DNA of 64,000 bases from Utricularia gibba (Eukaryota; Plantae; Magnoliophyta), in NCBI GenBank assembly GCA_002189035.1, contig NEEC01000014.1, positions 620,001 to 684,000 on the forward strand, in the 5' to 3' direction. The notes below the pieces were generated by a model that saw only the letters and a program-made list of their open reading frames with translations, was not told the DNA's origin and did no database searches. A program made the translations under genes and the position numbers. This document shows positions 43,364-55,306 of this stretch, in pieces. Position 1 is the stretch's first letter. The number at the start of each line of letters is the position of its first letter.

Positions 43364-46221
43364 ATGGAGGCGACGGCGACGCCGCCTGCTGAGCAACCGC
43401 GCAAACGTGGCCGCCCGAAGGGGTCTACTAAGGGAAAAATGGAGAAAGATAAGGATGCAGGTGCGGCTTCCAAACTGAGGGGATCTGCCGGCGACAAGAG
43501 AACTGCTGCCGCTGATGAGAGCTACGCGCACTGGAAATTGCTAGTCCCTGTTCTTTACGACTGGCTTGCCTCGCATAATCTAGTTTGGCCGTCTCTTTCC
43601 TGCCGGTATCGCTTTCTATACTCGCTTAGGGTTTGGTACAAATGAATTTGCGCGTGGTGAGCACCGTTGGAAGATTGAGTAGGATTTGTTAACGGTTGCC
43701 TAGTTTCATTTTTACAGCTGGGGACCTGTTCTTGACAAAGGAACATACAAGAACAAACAGAGACTTTACCTGTCCGAACAGGCGAGCTTGCGTTTTTTTT
43801 TCTAGAGTTTGCCCATTATTGTTTCTCTTCTCTTATTTGAAATACGAACTCTGGCCTTTTTCATCAGACCGACCATACCCAGCCAAACACATTGATTGTT
43901 GCAAACTGTGAGGTCGTCAAGCCCAGAGTTGCTGCAGAAAAACACATAGCAAATGTGCATACTTGTACTTTGTACTTGTTTTGAATAGATTGTTTACTAG
44001 TGTCTGATGCATTCAAATTAAATTCTTCTTGCTAGTTCAATGAAGATGCCCGCTCACCATATGTCAAGAAGTATAAGACCATACTGCACCCGGGAGAGGT
44101 ACATTCCAGTGGCATAATCATTTTTTTAGTTTGCGTGTCTATATTTTTATATTTCTCTGTCTTGTTTATTTCGTTGAATGTGGACGTTTTCTTCCATTGT
44201 CTCTGTCATGTGTTTACCTCATTTGCTTAATGAATTTCTAGGTAAACCGGATAAGAGAATTGCCCATGAATAAAAATATAGTGGCAACGCATACAGACTG
44301 TCCTGAAGTAAGTTGTTAGTAAGTGGTTCATCTTCTTTCCCAGCATGCTTCTTTAGTCTGAGCTTTGGATTTCAGATAGTTTTATTTAAATTTTCTAGGT
44401 TCTTATTTGGGATGTTGAGTCCCAGCCTAACAGGCATGCACTTCTTGGCGCTCAAGATTCTCGTCCAGATTTGGTATCATTGTGTTCCTTATGAACATTC
44501 GAGCCTGTGCTAATGAGTTTTCGTTTCATCTAACGAAATTTTATCTCTAGGTTTTATCTGGACATCAAGATAATGCAGAGTTTGCTCTTGCAATGTGCCC
44601 AGCTGAACCGTTTGTTCTCTCGGGAGGTACGAAGCTATTCACTCCTTTTTGACCAACAGTACTTGGATAACTCGTGATGAATTTTATCTCAGGAAAAGAT
44701 AAGTCGGTGGTGCTTTGGAGTATTCAGGACCATGTGTCATCCCTGGCTGTTGACCCTACTCAAGCTGCGGAATCCACTGGTTCAATTGTCAAACCAGCTG
44801 ATAATTCTACTGTTGGTCCTCGTGGGGTGTTCCAAGGGCACACCGACACTGTAGAGGATGTGCAATTTTGCCCATCTAGGTATTATTTTGTACTGGTGTT
44901 CCTGGTTAGGATAGTGCATTTGGAGGTCATTCATGAATGCTGTTTGCTGTCTTATTTTCAAATGATAACTCACTTAATCTGTTAATGGGAAACAAATATT
45001 TGGTGGCAGCTCTCAGCAATTTTGTAGTGTTGGTGATGATTCTTGTTTGATACTCTGGGATGCAAGAACTGGGAACAGTCCATCTGTAATTGTGAGACAA
45101 AATTTTCGATTTTGGTGGTTTTTCTAGCGTGTTTGTATGGAAAATATATTATGAATTCCCTTTCATTTTCTTGATGCTAGGTTGAAAAGGCCCACAACTC
45201 CGATCTTCATTGCATAGATTGGAGTTTTCATGATGAAAATTATATCTTGACTGGGTAAGAGGCAACCCAATGAAAAACCTTTATATTGGAGATCTCAATA
45301 ATTTATTTCTCTTACTTCAGGGAATCGGGACCTTTGATAATCTTCTGTCTCTATAATGTCATATATCAGGTCTGCAGATCGCTCAGTTCACATGTTTGAT
45401 CGCCGGAATTTATTGTCCAATGGAATGGGGTTGCCAGTGCACAAATTTGAAGGTCATAATGCTGCCGTTCTCTGCGTCCAGGTAGATCAAGTCGGTCTGT
45501 TTTGTCATATATGCTCCCTTTATGCTATAACGTAACTATTTTTTTTTTCTGTTTGCAGTGGTCACCTGATAAACGTAGTGTCTTTGGAAGCTCAGCTGAA
45601 GATGGTTTGCTGAATATCTGGGACTACGAGAAAGTATGAATTTTGCAAATCTATTCGTAAATGCAATCCAGTCTAATGTTGAAAAGTGTTCTGCGCAAAT
45701 GAAACTGTTAATGAATCCAGGAGTTTTATGTACTATCAATGCTATCTAGTTCTACGTCAGAAATTGTATGGATTTTATGTTGCTTCACAGATGACGTGTA
45801 TGTGCAGGTTGGTCAGCCGGAAGAAACAGGGTCTACAGCTCCAACTGCTCCTGCAGGATTGTTTTTCCAGCATGCCGGGCACAGGTGCGTTCCCTGTGTA
45901 GCTGCGAATCTCTCAACAATTCTGTTTCCTTTCCTGTTACTTTTCGCTACTCGGTATGCATATATCTCAAAGGAGTTTGCTTTCACTTACCACGCTCTTC
46001 ATTGCTCTGGCCGCAGAGACAAGGTTGTCGACTTCCAGTGGAATGCCGATGATCCATGGACTCTTGTGAGTGTCTCAGATGATGGCGATTCCTACGGAGG
46101 GGGTGGCACTCTGCAGCTTTGGCGTATGACTGATCTGCTGTATAGGCCAAAAGATGAGGTCTTGGAAGAACTCCAAAAATTCAAAGACCACGTGATTCAG
46201 TGCTCTGGGACTGGATCATAA
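43364..46221 (+). CDS. MSI4: MSI4/FVE-type WD40 histone-binding protein, 14 exons
   Basis: YAHWKLLVPVLYDWLASHNLVWPSLSCRWG, ILHPGEVNRIREL, GHTDTVEDVQF, SVGDDSCLILWDAR, LFFQHAGHRDKVVDF. Confidence 0.95.
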
Positions 46222-47178
46222 AATCACTGATTGCTCCTCTCAGCCTCTGACCTGACCCCAGACTTCGGAATTTCGTTTAGTATGATGTAGTCTCACAGAT
46301 CTGGGTGCTTGCTTTTTGTTATCTGTTAAACTTTTTGACTACAGCAGCTAGTAGGTACGCAGGTTTCTTTGCCCCGTTAACTTGGGCTGACGCCTGTGCG
46401 GTGACAGAAAACTTCGGCTAATGTGTAATAATATGTTGAAGTACAGTTGATCTAAGAAAAAATAGATTGAGAAAAATCACGTATCTGGAAGGTAAAGATT
46501 CCCTTTTTATTCCGCCAATTGCGAAACAGAGAAAAAATGAAGACCCATGAATGGGTGGGGAATGATCTTCAAATATCCCTTCGTGGGTAGGCCGTGAAAC
46601 TTGGTGGGGAATAGGAGATCGGTATATGATCATGATTCTGATGTCTTTCCATGATTCAAAGTTTGAAAGATTTCTGTGTATTTTTGATCGATTATTTGAG
46701 TTGTTTCAGGCCCATGTCCTCATTTTGGCTTTATTGGATTCGACTTTTCCCGGAATCAAGAGATTCCCCATAAAAGGTCAGTTTTTTTTTTTCGTCCTTT
46801 GTTTGTAACTTGGATGCTGTAAGATTTTTTGTTTTACCCAGAATTCAATTGATTGACAGATCCTTAGTGAAACACCGAGGAACTGACAGATTTTGAATTC
46901 AGGTCTGGAGATTCATCTTCTTGATTCTGGGTTCTCGCTTATACAACTCTAGGTTCTCTCTTACCGTGAAACAGTCTTAAAATCTTGGTTACGCGGTTCA
47001 AGATAGTTTGTTGTTTGCATAGTGAAACACAAGTAACCAGAAATGCGTTGTTCATAGCGTAAATACTCGATTTGTTTTTCTGGGACTTGACCTTATATAA
47101 GAGGGAAAATCTTCATTGTTTCATTTCATTTCTATTACTGATGTTCTTGCAGTGCCAGAAACCTATAGCACATTGGCC

Positions 47179-48207
47179 ATGGGGGGGCGGTTGCTAGAGA
47201 GGGGTCCTCTGAGGGTCCAGTGCCTACATCAAAGCTTGGTGTAAAAATAATCGAGGCGGTACAGCGGAGGGAAGTAAAAGGGAGTTCCATGATATCGATC
47301 AATAGTGTTTTCTTGAAGTTCCCAAGAATCGATGAGAGCTTTAGGAAACTCAGAACAACGTTTCGAAAGTTTGGTAATCTTCAACGACTAAGCATCAGAT
47401 TTGTGTAGTTGTTGTATTGCCATTCCTCGTCATCAAGGGAACTTCTAGAATTCCTTACTTTCTTCTGCTGTCAACTATAAGTTGTAAAGAGCTGACAGTA
47501 AATGTCTTTTTGTTCATAGATGAGGACGGTAATGGTTTCATAGATCTGCATGAGCTGAAACACTGGTTCTGCAAACTGGAGATCAACTTCACCGAGGAGG
47601 AGATTAATGAGCTCTTTGAGGCATGTGATATTAATGAGGACATGAAGATGGACTTCAGCGAATTTATTGTTCTTCTCAGCCTTGTCTATCTTCTCAAAGA
47701 AGATGCACCTTTCCAGCATGATGTATCCTTGCATTCCCTTTTCTGCTCTATGATATATCTTTTTTAGAATATGGTGAAAAATGGATGCGTTGCTCATGAT
47801 CACAGTCAGAGGTGTAAGTTCTTCCTTGACATAGACAGACATCCTCACCAGGACTACTAAATCTTGGGTCTACTTTTGAAACAATCGTTGAGACGTTTGT
47901 GTTTCTGGACAAGGATAAGAATGGACTTGTGAGCAAATCTGAGATGTTTGATGCCATTTATGAAAATGATTCTGGGCATCGGTCATCACGGAACATAGCA
48001 ATGAAGAGATTCGGTTAGTTGGTCTTTTCTATCTGCATCCATGAATGAGTTATTGAGTTTGAAAACCATAAACAGTGAATTTGACTGTTGAGTTTTACAG
48101 AGGAGATGGACTGGGACAAAAATGGAATGGTGAACTTCAAGGAGTTCCTTTTCGCCTTCATTCATTGGGTTGGGCTTGAAGACGATGAAGCAGATGAAGA
48201 TGAATGA
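47179..48207 (+). CDS. CML21: Calmodulin-like EF-hand protein (CML21-like), 4 exons; -1 frameshift in G-run 47181-47187
   Basis: With one extra G reads MGGAVARE...KIIEAVQRR...SVFLKFPRID; EF-hands DEDGNGFID, DINEDMKMD, DKDKNGLVS, DWDKNGMVNFKEFLFAF. Confidence 0.92.
47723..47838 (+). other. U12-type (minor spliceosome) GT-AG intron in CML21
   Basis: 5' splice site GTATCCTT, branch site TTCCTTGAC at 47822-47830, acceptor ACAG at 47838 keeps the reading frame. Confidence 0.85.
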
Positions 48208-48460
48208 TTTCAGAGTGAATCACCATCTCCTTTAACGATGAAATATGAAACATTCTCTTCTGCATCGCTTCGATGCCGTTCCTTGAAACTTTCATGTGCA
48301 TTGGATCTTTTACTTCTTTGCAGACTAGATGCATCATGGCACTTTATAGCCTTGTTTAATCATTGTTTCTTTGCAAGCTTTTTTGGCGAGATCCTGTGAT
48401 GATTTCCGTTATGGAATGTAAATCTGTATGAGAAAAGCATCTTTCTATACAGAAATGCAC

Positions 48461-49591
48461 TCAGATTCCTGGATTTATCAGATCCTCGGATGGTAAATCC
48501 CACAAGGTGCAATCTGTATTGAAAATATTAGTTTCAAGTCTTGTTTCTTTCTCAGAATCCTGTGCACTTTCATGGTCATCTCTTGGAGCACACGTGCTCC
48601 CTGTGCACATGCTGTGTGTCCACGAAGACACATCTCCTTCATTCCCAATGAGATCACACTGGAAACCATCAGAATCTGCACCAGGAAATGAACTGAAACC
48701 TCCCAGATACGTAGAAGTTGCTCCGGTAGGATCCCAGCTGTTGCCACTGGTATGATATTCATCCTCCCTTATTGCTTTCGACACCCCAAACTTGATCTTT
48801 TTAATCGTTTCTTCATTGTCCTCATCATGCTTCACGTGGTGGTGGTTCATCATCAGTCCACCAAAATGCTGCTGCTGCTGCTGCTGCAGGGGAGCTTGGT
48901 GATGAAGATGTTGCTGCTGCTGCATCGACGCGTCGACGGCCCGCCGTTTCGTGAGGAGATGCAGCATTTCATCCTTGAAACAACCCAGTGCAGCTTCCGC
49001 CAGGTTGGGCGCTTGCGGCGGAGGGAGGGTGGCGATCTCAGTTATCAGGTGAGAAAATGGCTTGTGCGTAACTGGATCAATCCCCATCCCTGAGAGCTTC
49101 TTCTTCAGCTTAGTGTTCCAGTGGTTCTTCACGTCATTGTCCGTCCTCCCCGGAAGCTGCGCTGCAATCACAGACCATCTATGGGAATTGGGAACCATCA
49201 GCAACACAAGAGCAAACAACAAGCCTTTTATCAGATCAAGTAAGCAACCTGTTCCCAAGAACTGAATGCAGAGTGACGATTGTCTGCTCCTCCGCCTCTG
49301 AAAACTGACCGTGTTTCAGGTCCGGCCGGAGATAATTCGTCCACCGCAGCCTGCAACTCTTCCCACACCGCTGCAGACCTGCAAAACCAGGCACCCCACA
49401 TCACCAAAACCACCAGAAACAACATCACACACCCCCTGATCAGCAACCACTCACTCACCAGCCTGTTTGGGGATCAAGCGCCAGTTCCTGGTGCCATGCT
49501 GCGCAATGTAAGAAGACAGCTTGTGGTCCTCCTCCGGCGTCCACTGCCCCCTCTTCACATTATCCTTCTCGCAGCAAGGAATGCGCCCCAT
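48461..49591 (-). CDS. MYB80: R2R3-MYB transcription factor MYB80 (MS188/MYB103 type, tapetum), 3 exons
   Basis: [22 protein letters not shown]...; diagnostic post-MYB block [18 protein letters not shown]...[20 protein letters not shown]. Confidence 0.95.
48867..48924 (-). repeat. CAG-type trinucleotide runs encoding polyQ in MYB80
   Basis: (GCT)n runs on the + strand translate as QQQQH...LQQQQQQH. Confidence 0.85.
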
Positions 49592-49978
49592 CCAGCACCA
49601 ACACAAACACACAAAACACGGTAGCTTTTGTTTATCTGCCTCTTGTGTTTTTTTTTTTTACTGCAACAGGTTCGCGGTGGATAAATAGTTGGCACCCAGG
49701 GAATAAAAAAATTCAACGGGGTTGGGCGTGTGAGCGCCGGGCAGGTAGCTCACCCCAAGACACCTGAAAAGATTTGGTCAAAGGAGGCCACCGTTGACTT
49801 TCTTCCTCGGTGGCAGATTTGATCACTCAAGAAAGCATCCCCCGACCGACATGTACAAAGGGTGTCCAATTCTATCAAAAACAAAACAAAAAAGAACAGT
49901 TGTTATAACATCTCCTTTGCCCATCAAACACAAGCTCATACAACTCGATAGCATGCCAAAAACCAGACATTCCGTACA

Positions 49979-50008
49979 ACACACACACACACATATATAT
50001 ATATATAT
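49979..50008. repeat. Compound (AC)n(AT)n microsatellite
   Basis: acacacacacacac followed by atatatatatatatat. Confidence 0.95.
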
Positions 50009-50199
50009 GTTATAATAAAAAAAATTTAAAAAAATTATTCTATAAAAAATTATTATATTCTCAATATTATTTTTTTAACTAAATTCCCGACGCCGTAGGG
50101 CTTGATTTCAATTCCTGTCCCCTGGAACTAAAACCCTGATCCCCCTCATCTCCTCTACCTTTATTGTCTTGTGGTTCTCTCCATTCCGCTGTTTCGGAC

Positions 50200-51890
50200 G
50201 GGGAGGGGGGCGGGGGTCAGCTTCTGCCGCATCCGATGGCGGCGGCCAATTCTGGTCAAGACGTAAGGTATGGTGGACGACTTCTCTACGGCAAGATTCT
50301 GTCTTGGAGCTCCGCAAACAGCAGTTTTGTGGTATGGGGATCCTACGGAGTTCCGCGAGACTTGCTGCCCAGGTATTTCAAGCACAGTAACTTCTCAGCT
50401 TTGCTTGCCAGGCCAATAATTATGTACGGCTTCTCCAGTTCGTCCTCCATCGTTCTTTTTTCTATACCCGTCGTTGTAATTTCATGGTTAAGGACTTGTT
50501 TGCTTGTCGGGTCAATAGCAACAGCGGGTGTTATCTCTTTTGGATGTAGTTGTGATGTGAGCTTCTGATTGTGGTGTGCAGCTGACGTTAAATTCAGTCA
50601 CCATGATTATTGTCTCAGGAAGCTCCTAAATCTCTAATATGTCACACTGACTGCATCTCCAAGTTGCTGAGTTGATGTTTCGTGTTACACTTGACTGAAG
50701 TTCTGTGGTATCATTGTTTGGTTTGGCTATCGATGGGAGTGATGTGGAGAAACAGGGTTTCAGGAATGTGGTTCTGGACCGCTGGGAGTTTGCAAATGAA
50801 GGATTGTTGTGAGGGAATGTGATCTATCAGTCGTCGAATGCCGGTGCATGCACACCCTCATCTCCAGCAGCATTCAGATGCACAGAGCTCCGTGGCGTGT
50901 GTTGAAGTCTAGAAATTTGGACTTGAAGAGAAAGTTGAGAGGCTTAAGGGGACAGGAACGTCCTGATGCAGGAGGTTGTCGGAGTCTGGCAGCAGCAACA
51001 ATCCACTGATGGGCAGTTACAAACAACGATCCAGTGTCTTCAGGTTATGGAGCAACGTCAGCGGAGATGTTGTCATTCCTTGCGAAGGCCGTCCACAGCC
51101 CTGGGTTTCTCGCACACTTTATGCAGCACCCAAATGATGGCAATGGAAGATTAATGGAAGTAACTAAGAAAAGAAGACTGAAGCAGGAAGGGGTATTTCA
51201 GATGATTACGCTGTTGGCCACCCTTCGGATGGTCAGATTATCAGATACTGGCCTTTGATTCATGAGGCAGCAGTCGCTTCTCAGAGAAATCAGGAAGCTG
51301 GGCACTTCCAGGCAAGAGAAGATGGGGGGAATAACTCCGGTGGTTTTCTAACTGGCAACATTCCAGCAGATTCTAATTCATTGGGCCCTGGCAGTTCTCC
51401 AGAATGTATATCAGGGGTGACGCTTTAAGAGAATGGAAGGTGCTGCGTCTGCTTCTAGTTCGGAGATCCCACGGCAGTCACTTACACAACCAGCAGAATC
51501 AGCTTCCAACCAGTTCCCAAACAGTATTCCTATTGATGTAAATCAAGAAGCTTATCTCACAACCGACGCCGTACTGCCACAGATCCCTGCAATGGTGCCT
51601 GAGGTCCATGACGACAGTACGAGGCCATTGCTAGTAGTAGTAGTATCATATCTGCTACACTATTTTCTTTAAAGGCCGATATCCCTCCTGTAGAACTGGG
51701 AAACTTCTCCCCCAGCGCATCCTTGAATTGGGACAACTCCCTACCCGAAGACATATCCCAACACCCTTCTGGGAGAAGTACCTTCAGAGCCCTCCTCTGG
51801 GGACGGAGATGGAGTCCCCTCTGAAAATCCTCAGCCAAACACGGCAGACCTAAAGCAGATGGAGAACCTTTCATCTGATCCGAGGAATGA
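50200..51890 (+). pseudogene. HSFA1: Class A1 heat-shock transcription factor pseudogene; boundaries approximate
   Basis: Recognisable DBD (SWS...SFVVWDP, LLPRYFKHSNFS, RWEFANEG), HR-A/B, NLS KKRRLK, DGQIIRY, SGVTL and AHA (PFWEKYL). In-frame stops at 50264 (TAA), 50810 (TGA), 50910 (TAG), many indels, and no clear start codon. Confidence 0.88.
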
Positions 51891-52165
51891 TCTGCTGTTT
51901 TTTCACCTTGTTTTTCCCCCCCGGCCACCTTGCAAAACATCACATGTATAATCTGCAGCTCAGGGTTATTGTGTTTCTGCCCTATTAAACGCCTTCTTCC
52001 CTGAAAGTTGCTTGAAACTGGGTGACTCAGTTCCGACAAAAGAAATGGGAAATCGTTGAAAAAATCCAGCAGGTGGGAGAAGACGGGAGTCGAAAGATCC
52101 CTGTCACGTATAGATGCGGACACCGCGTCCCAGAATACAGGCGGAGTTCAACTTCGATCCGTCAT

Positions 52166-52272
52166 AAGCTTCTAGAAGCTTTCATGTCGAGGAGTGGGGT
52201 CCTCAAAACTTTTTTTTCCACAATTTTATGTGAATGAAAACTAAGGATAAGATTTTACAAACCTTCTAGAAG
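52166..52272 (+). promoter_or_regulatory. Two heat-shock-element cores (CTTCTAGAAG) upstream of the DnaJ gene
   Basis: Perfect 16-bp palindrome AAGCTTCTAGAAGCTT at 52166-52181 and a second CTTCTAGAAG at 52263-52272, matching nTTCnnGAAn. Confidence 0.55.
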
Positions 52273-52450
52273 CATTCGCAAACAAGAGGTCGATTCCGCA
52301 AGCCAGGGGCGCGCACCGAATGAACCCATCGCAGTGGAAGTACCAAAACGGGGGCGCGAGTGGGCCCCACTCCCAGCGATATCCAATTCCCCTTTCGTTT
52401 TTATACGGCACCACTCCACCACCCGCTGGGTGTATCACGAAAATTTCCCA

Positions 52451-52864
52451 ATGCTTCGAGCCCTAACCCTGCCTTCCCGCCCATCGTTCGCCGCGAGATC
52501 CGACGTGCGGTGCCTTTCCGTCGGTACCTCTACCGCGGCCCCCGTCGATCGGAGAAGCCTCTACGAGGTGCTGCGAGTGAAACGCGACGCCTCGCAGACG
52601 GAGATCAAGACAGCCTACCGTACGCTAGCGAAGCTGCACCATCCGGACGCGAAGTCGCGATTTATGGATTCGAAGATCGCCTCCTCGACGGACGACGGCG
52701 ATTTCATCGAGATCCGAAACGCGTACGCCACGCTGTCGGATCCGGATGCCAGAGCCGTGTATGATTCCAATTTAGGATTCTTTCCGGCCGCGGCAAGGGC
52801 TCAGAGTCACGGCCGGGCCAGATTTTCATCGTTCCGACGGTGGGAGACGGATCAGTGCTGGTGA
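52451..52864 (+). CDS. Small plastid-type J-domain protein (DnaJ 11-like), intronless
   Basis: Transit-like N-terminus, SLYEVLRV...IKTAYRTLAKLHHPD, F.EIRNAY.TLSDP..RAVYD, terminal RRWETDQCW*. Confidence 0.93.
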   Translation: MLRALTLPSRPSFAARSDVRCLSVGTSTAAPVDRRSLYEVLRVKRDASQTEIKTAYRTLAKLHHPDAKSRFMDSKIASSTDDGDFIEIRNAYATLSDPDARAVYDSNLGFFPAAARAQSHGRARFSSFRRWETDQCW

Positions 52865-54083
52865 TTGCGTTGGTTTTGCGCATCTGTGAATCCTCCCCCG
52901 TCTCATCTTCTGCCCTTTCTCGTCGTCGATTTGGATCTGAAAAAAAAAATTACAGATGCAGATTTTGGCTCACTCTGTAAATCAACTAATTTACCGAATA
53001 GAAATCTATATTTATGTCCGAGTCTCGGTGATCGGCTCCACCGTGAACATCGATATGTTCGCCGGGGAAGTTAAATTCAACGCTGGAATCAGGGAGAAAC
53101 TGAACACACAAATGCCTCAAACCCCTTCACAACCCGGATCATAAAAAACGGTCAAACCGTCGAGCCATCCGGCTCCGGAACACAACTGCCTTGGGCCCAG
53201 ATTGTGTCTCTCTATCACATGTTTTCACTTCATTTGGCATCATTTTATAAGGTATTTATCTTAACATATAAATGAAAATAACTATTTCCGGGTAATGAGA
53301 ACCACACGCAGCAGGCAACTTAAGATTCAATTATAGAATTCATTAAGAAGCAAATTGCAAGGTGGGCCCCATGAATCCGTGGGCGACGGACCCCGACGAG
53401 TCAGTCACTAAACCGACGGCGTTGAAATGAAGCGCCCAGCGTTCAAATGCATAATTTCCCAATTTTTGTGAGCCGTTAATTAAAAAATAAGTGTAATTAA
53501 CTACATATTATCAGATAATTCTCAACAATGAGAATATAGGTCAAAGATGCATTGATTTTTCCTTCAATTAATTGATTTTTTTACAGAAGTAAAATCATTG
53601 TTATGAATATAATTATTCAAAAAAATATTTATATTGTTGTATTTTTTTAATGAAAATTGTTCTCTAAATTTTTTGAATGGGTTTAAACTTCTTGTTTGGA
53701 GGTTAAATTGAAAAATCATTCCAAAATTGACTATATTACAATTACAAATTTTGATAGAATGAGAATCGATATATATATATTTGAAAGTATTATAATGTGA
53801 AAATTAAGATAATTAAATTATTTATAATATTAAAAATAATTTAAATTTTATATTTATTTTTTGAAAAATCAATGTTTATGGAGAAACTACCATCTTATAC
53901 TTTGAAGTGATTTTCAATAATTAATCCTGATAGAATTAATTGAAAAACTTTGAATAAAATTGATTCTGGTGATTTACAATCATGGTTGATTTTGATTAAG
54001 TACATGGTATTCAATGGATACAAACACCAAGTCAATGGAATGTCTGTACAGAGTGAATGTTGACGACGGGCTCCTCACTCCGA

Positions 54084-55306
54084 TCAGAAGCCTTTCCATG
54101 TGAACAGAATCTCGCTCACCACTTCGGCGATGAGCTCTCTGTCCGCAGACTGCACGAAGGAGGCGAATTCCTCTCGCATGTCGAAGATCTTCCCGAACTT
54201 CACCAGATACGTCATGCAGCTCTGCTTCAGCCTCGGCAGCTGAAACAGATGGGCGCTCTGCAGCCTCTCCAGGACGTTCCCTGCGTCTATGTCTTCTACC
54301 AAGCTGTCATGGCAGTCCTGTTTCAGGTCGACCACGTCGTACTTGTCGGCGGCTCGAAGGAGAGCCATTCTGTGGGCGAGAAACTCCTCGTTCTTCACGG
54401 TTCCGTAGATGTAGTTCAAGAGCGCTTCGCAGGAGTCCAGAGACATGTCTGCGATGTCCACCACTGACATTTCCTTCTCCTTGAGATTGTGGGAGAACAT
54501 GCTGCGGAAAACGGGTGATCGGGATGCCAGGACTGCGCGGTGAGCTGAGATGCTTCCGTTGGAGGCGTTGATGACGATGTCTGTGTGTATGCTTTCGGAG
54601 AGCATCCTGCCTAGAGATGATAAGGCTGTGTCGTTTGGCTGCTTTCTGATGAACTCTCTGCCCCAGATTGAGCTCGCCCCTACTCCCTGTGAGTTGGGTA
54701 TCGTTAGCTGCAAGAATCAAGGAGCCATGGCGCTCGGAAGCGATGAGATCTTACATCAGGGGATGCGATTTTGAGATCCAGGAACTCGACATCTACCATG
54801 AATTTGCCTGTGAGTGGAGTTTCGATGGTCCAGACGAAGTCATCGTTGCTCTTGAGCTCTTTATCTAGAACTTCTGCAAGAATCAATGGTGAGAAAGAAG
54901 CAGAAAAAGGGTAGGATATCTGAACTGAGAAGATTCATAGAAAAGGAACCTGGATGAACTAAGCACTTGCGTTCACCCACAGAAGAAACAACTCTGATCA
55001 CAAACGACGCAATCGGAGGATTCTTATCCCTGATTGCTTCTGGGAACAGTTTTATGGACAAGCTTTTGCTCTTTTCCATACACAAACGCCTTCATCAACA
55101 TACCCAAAAGTAGAAAAAGAACGCCAATCAAGAAAACGAAATCCCCAGAAACAACAACAAGACCCAGAAAGGGGAATGCTTTTTTACCAGTTCCAGTTAC
55201 CCATTTTGAAAGGATCCGATTTCCTGTACGTGCAAGACGACAAATTGTCGATCCGCCATTGGGCGAGGCGGGAGGTCGTATCAACTCTGTAAGCGGAGTC
55301 GCTCAT
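54084..55306 (-). CDS. BTB/POZ domain protein (At1g55760-type), 4 exons
   Basis: MSDSAYRVDTTSRLAQWRIDNL, SLGRMLSESIHTDIVIN, AHRAVLASRSPVFRSMF; ends TWKGF*. Confidence 0.92.
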
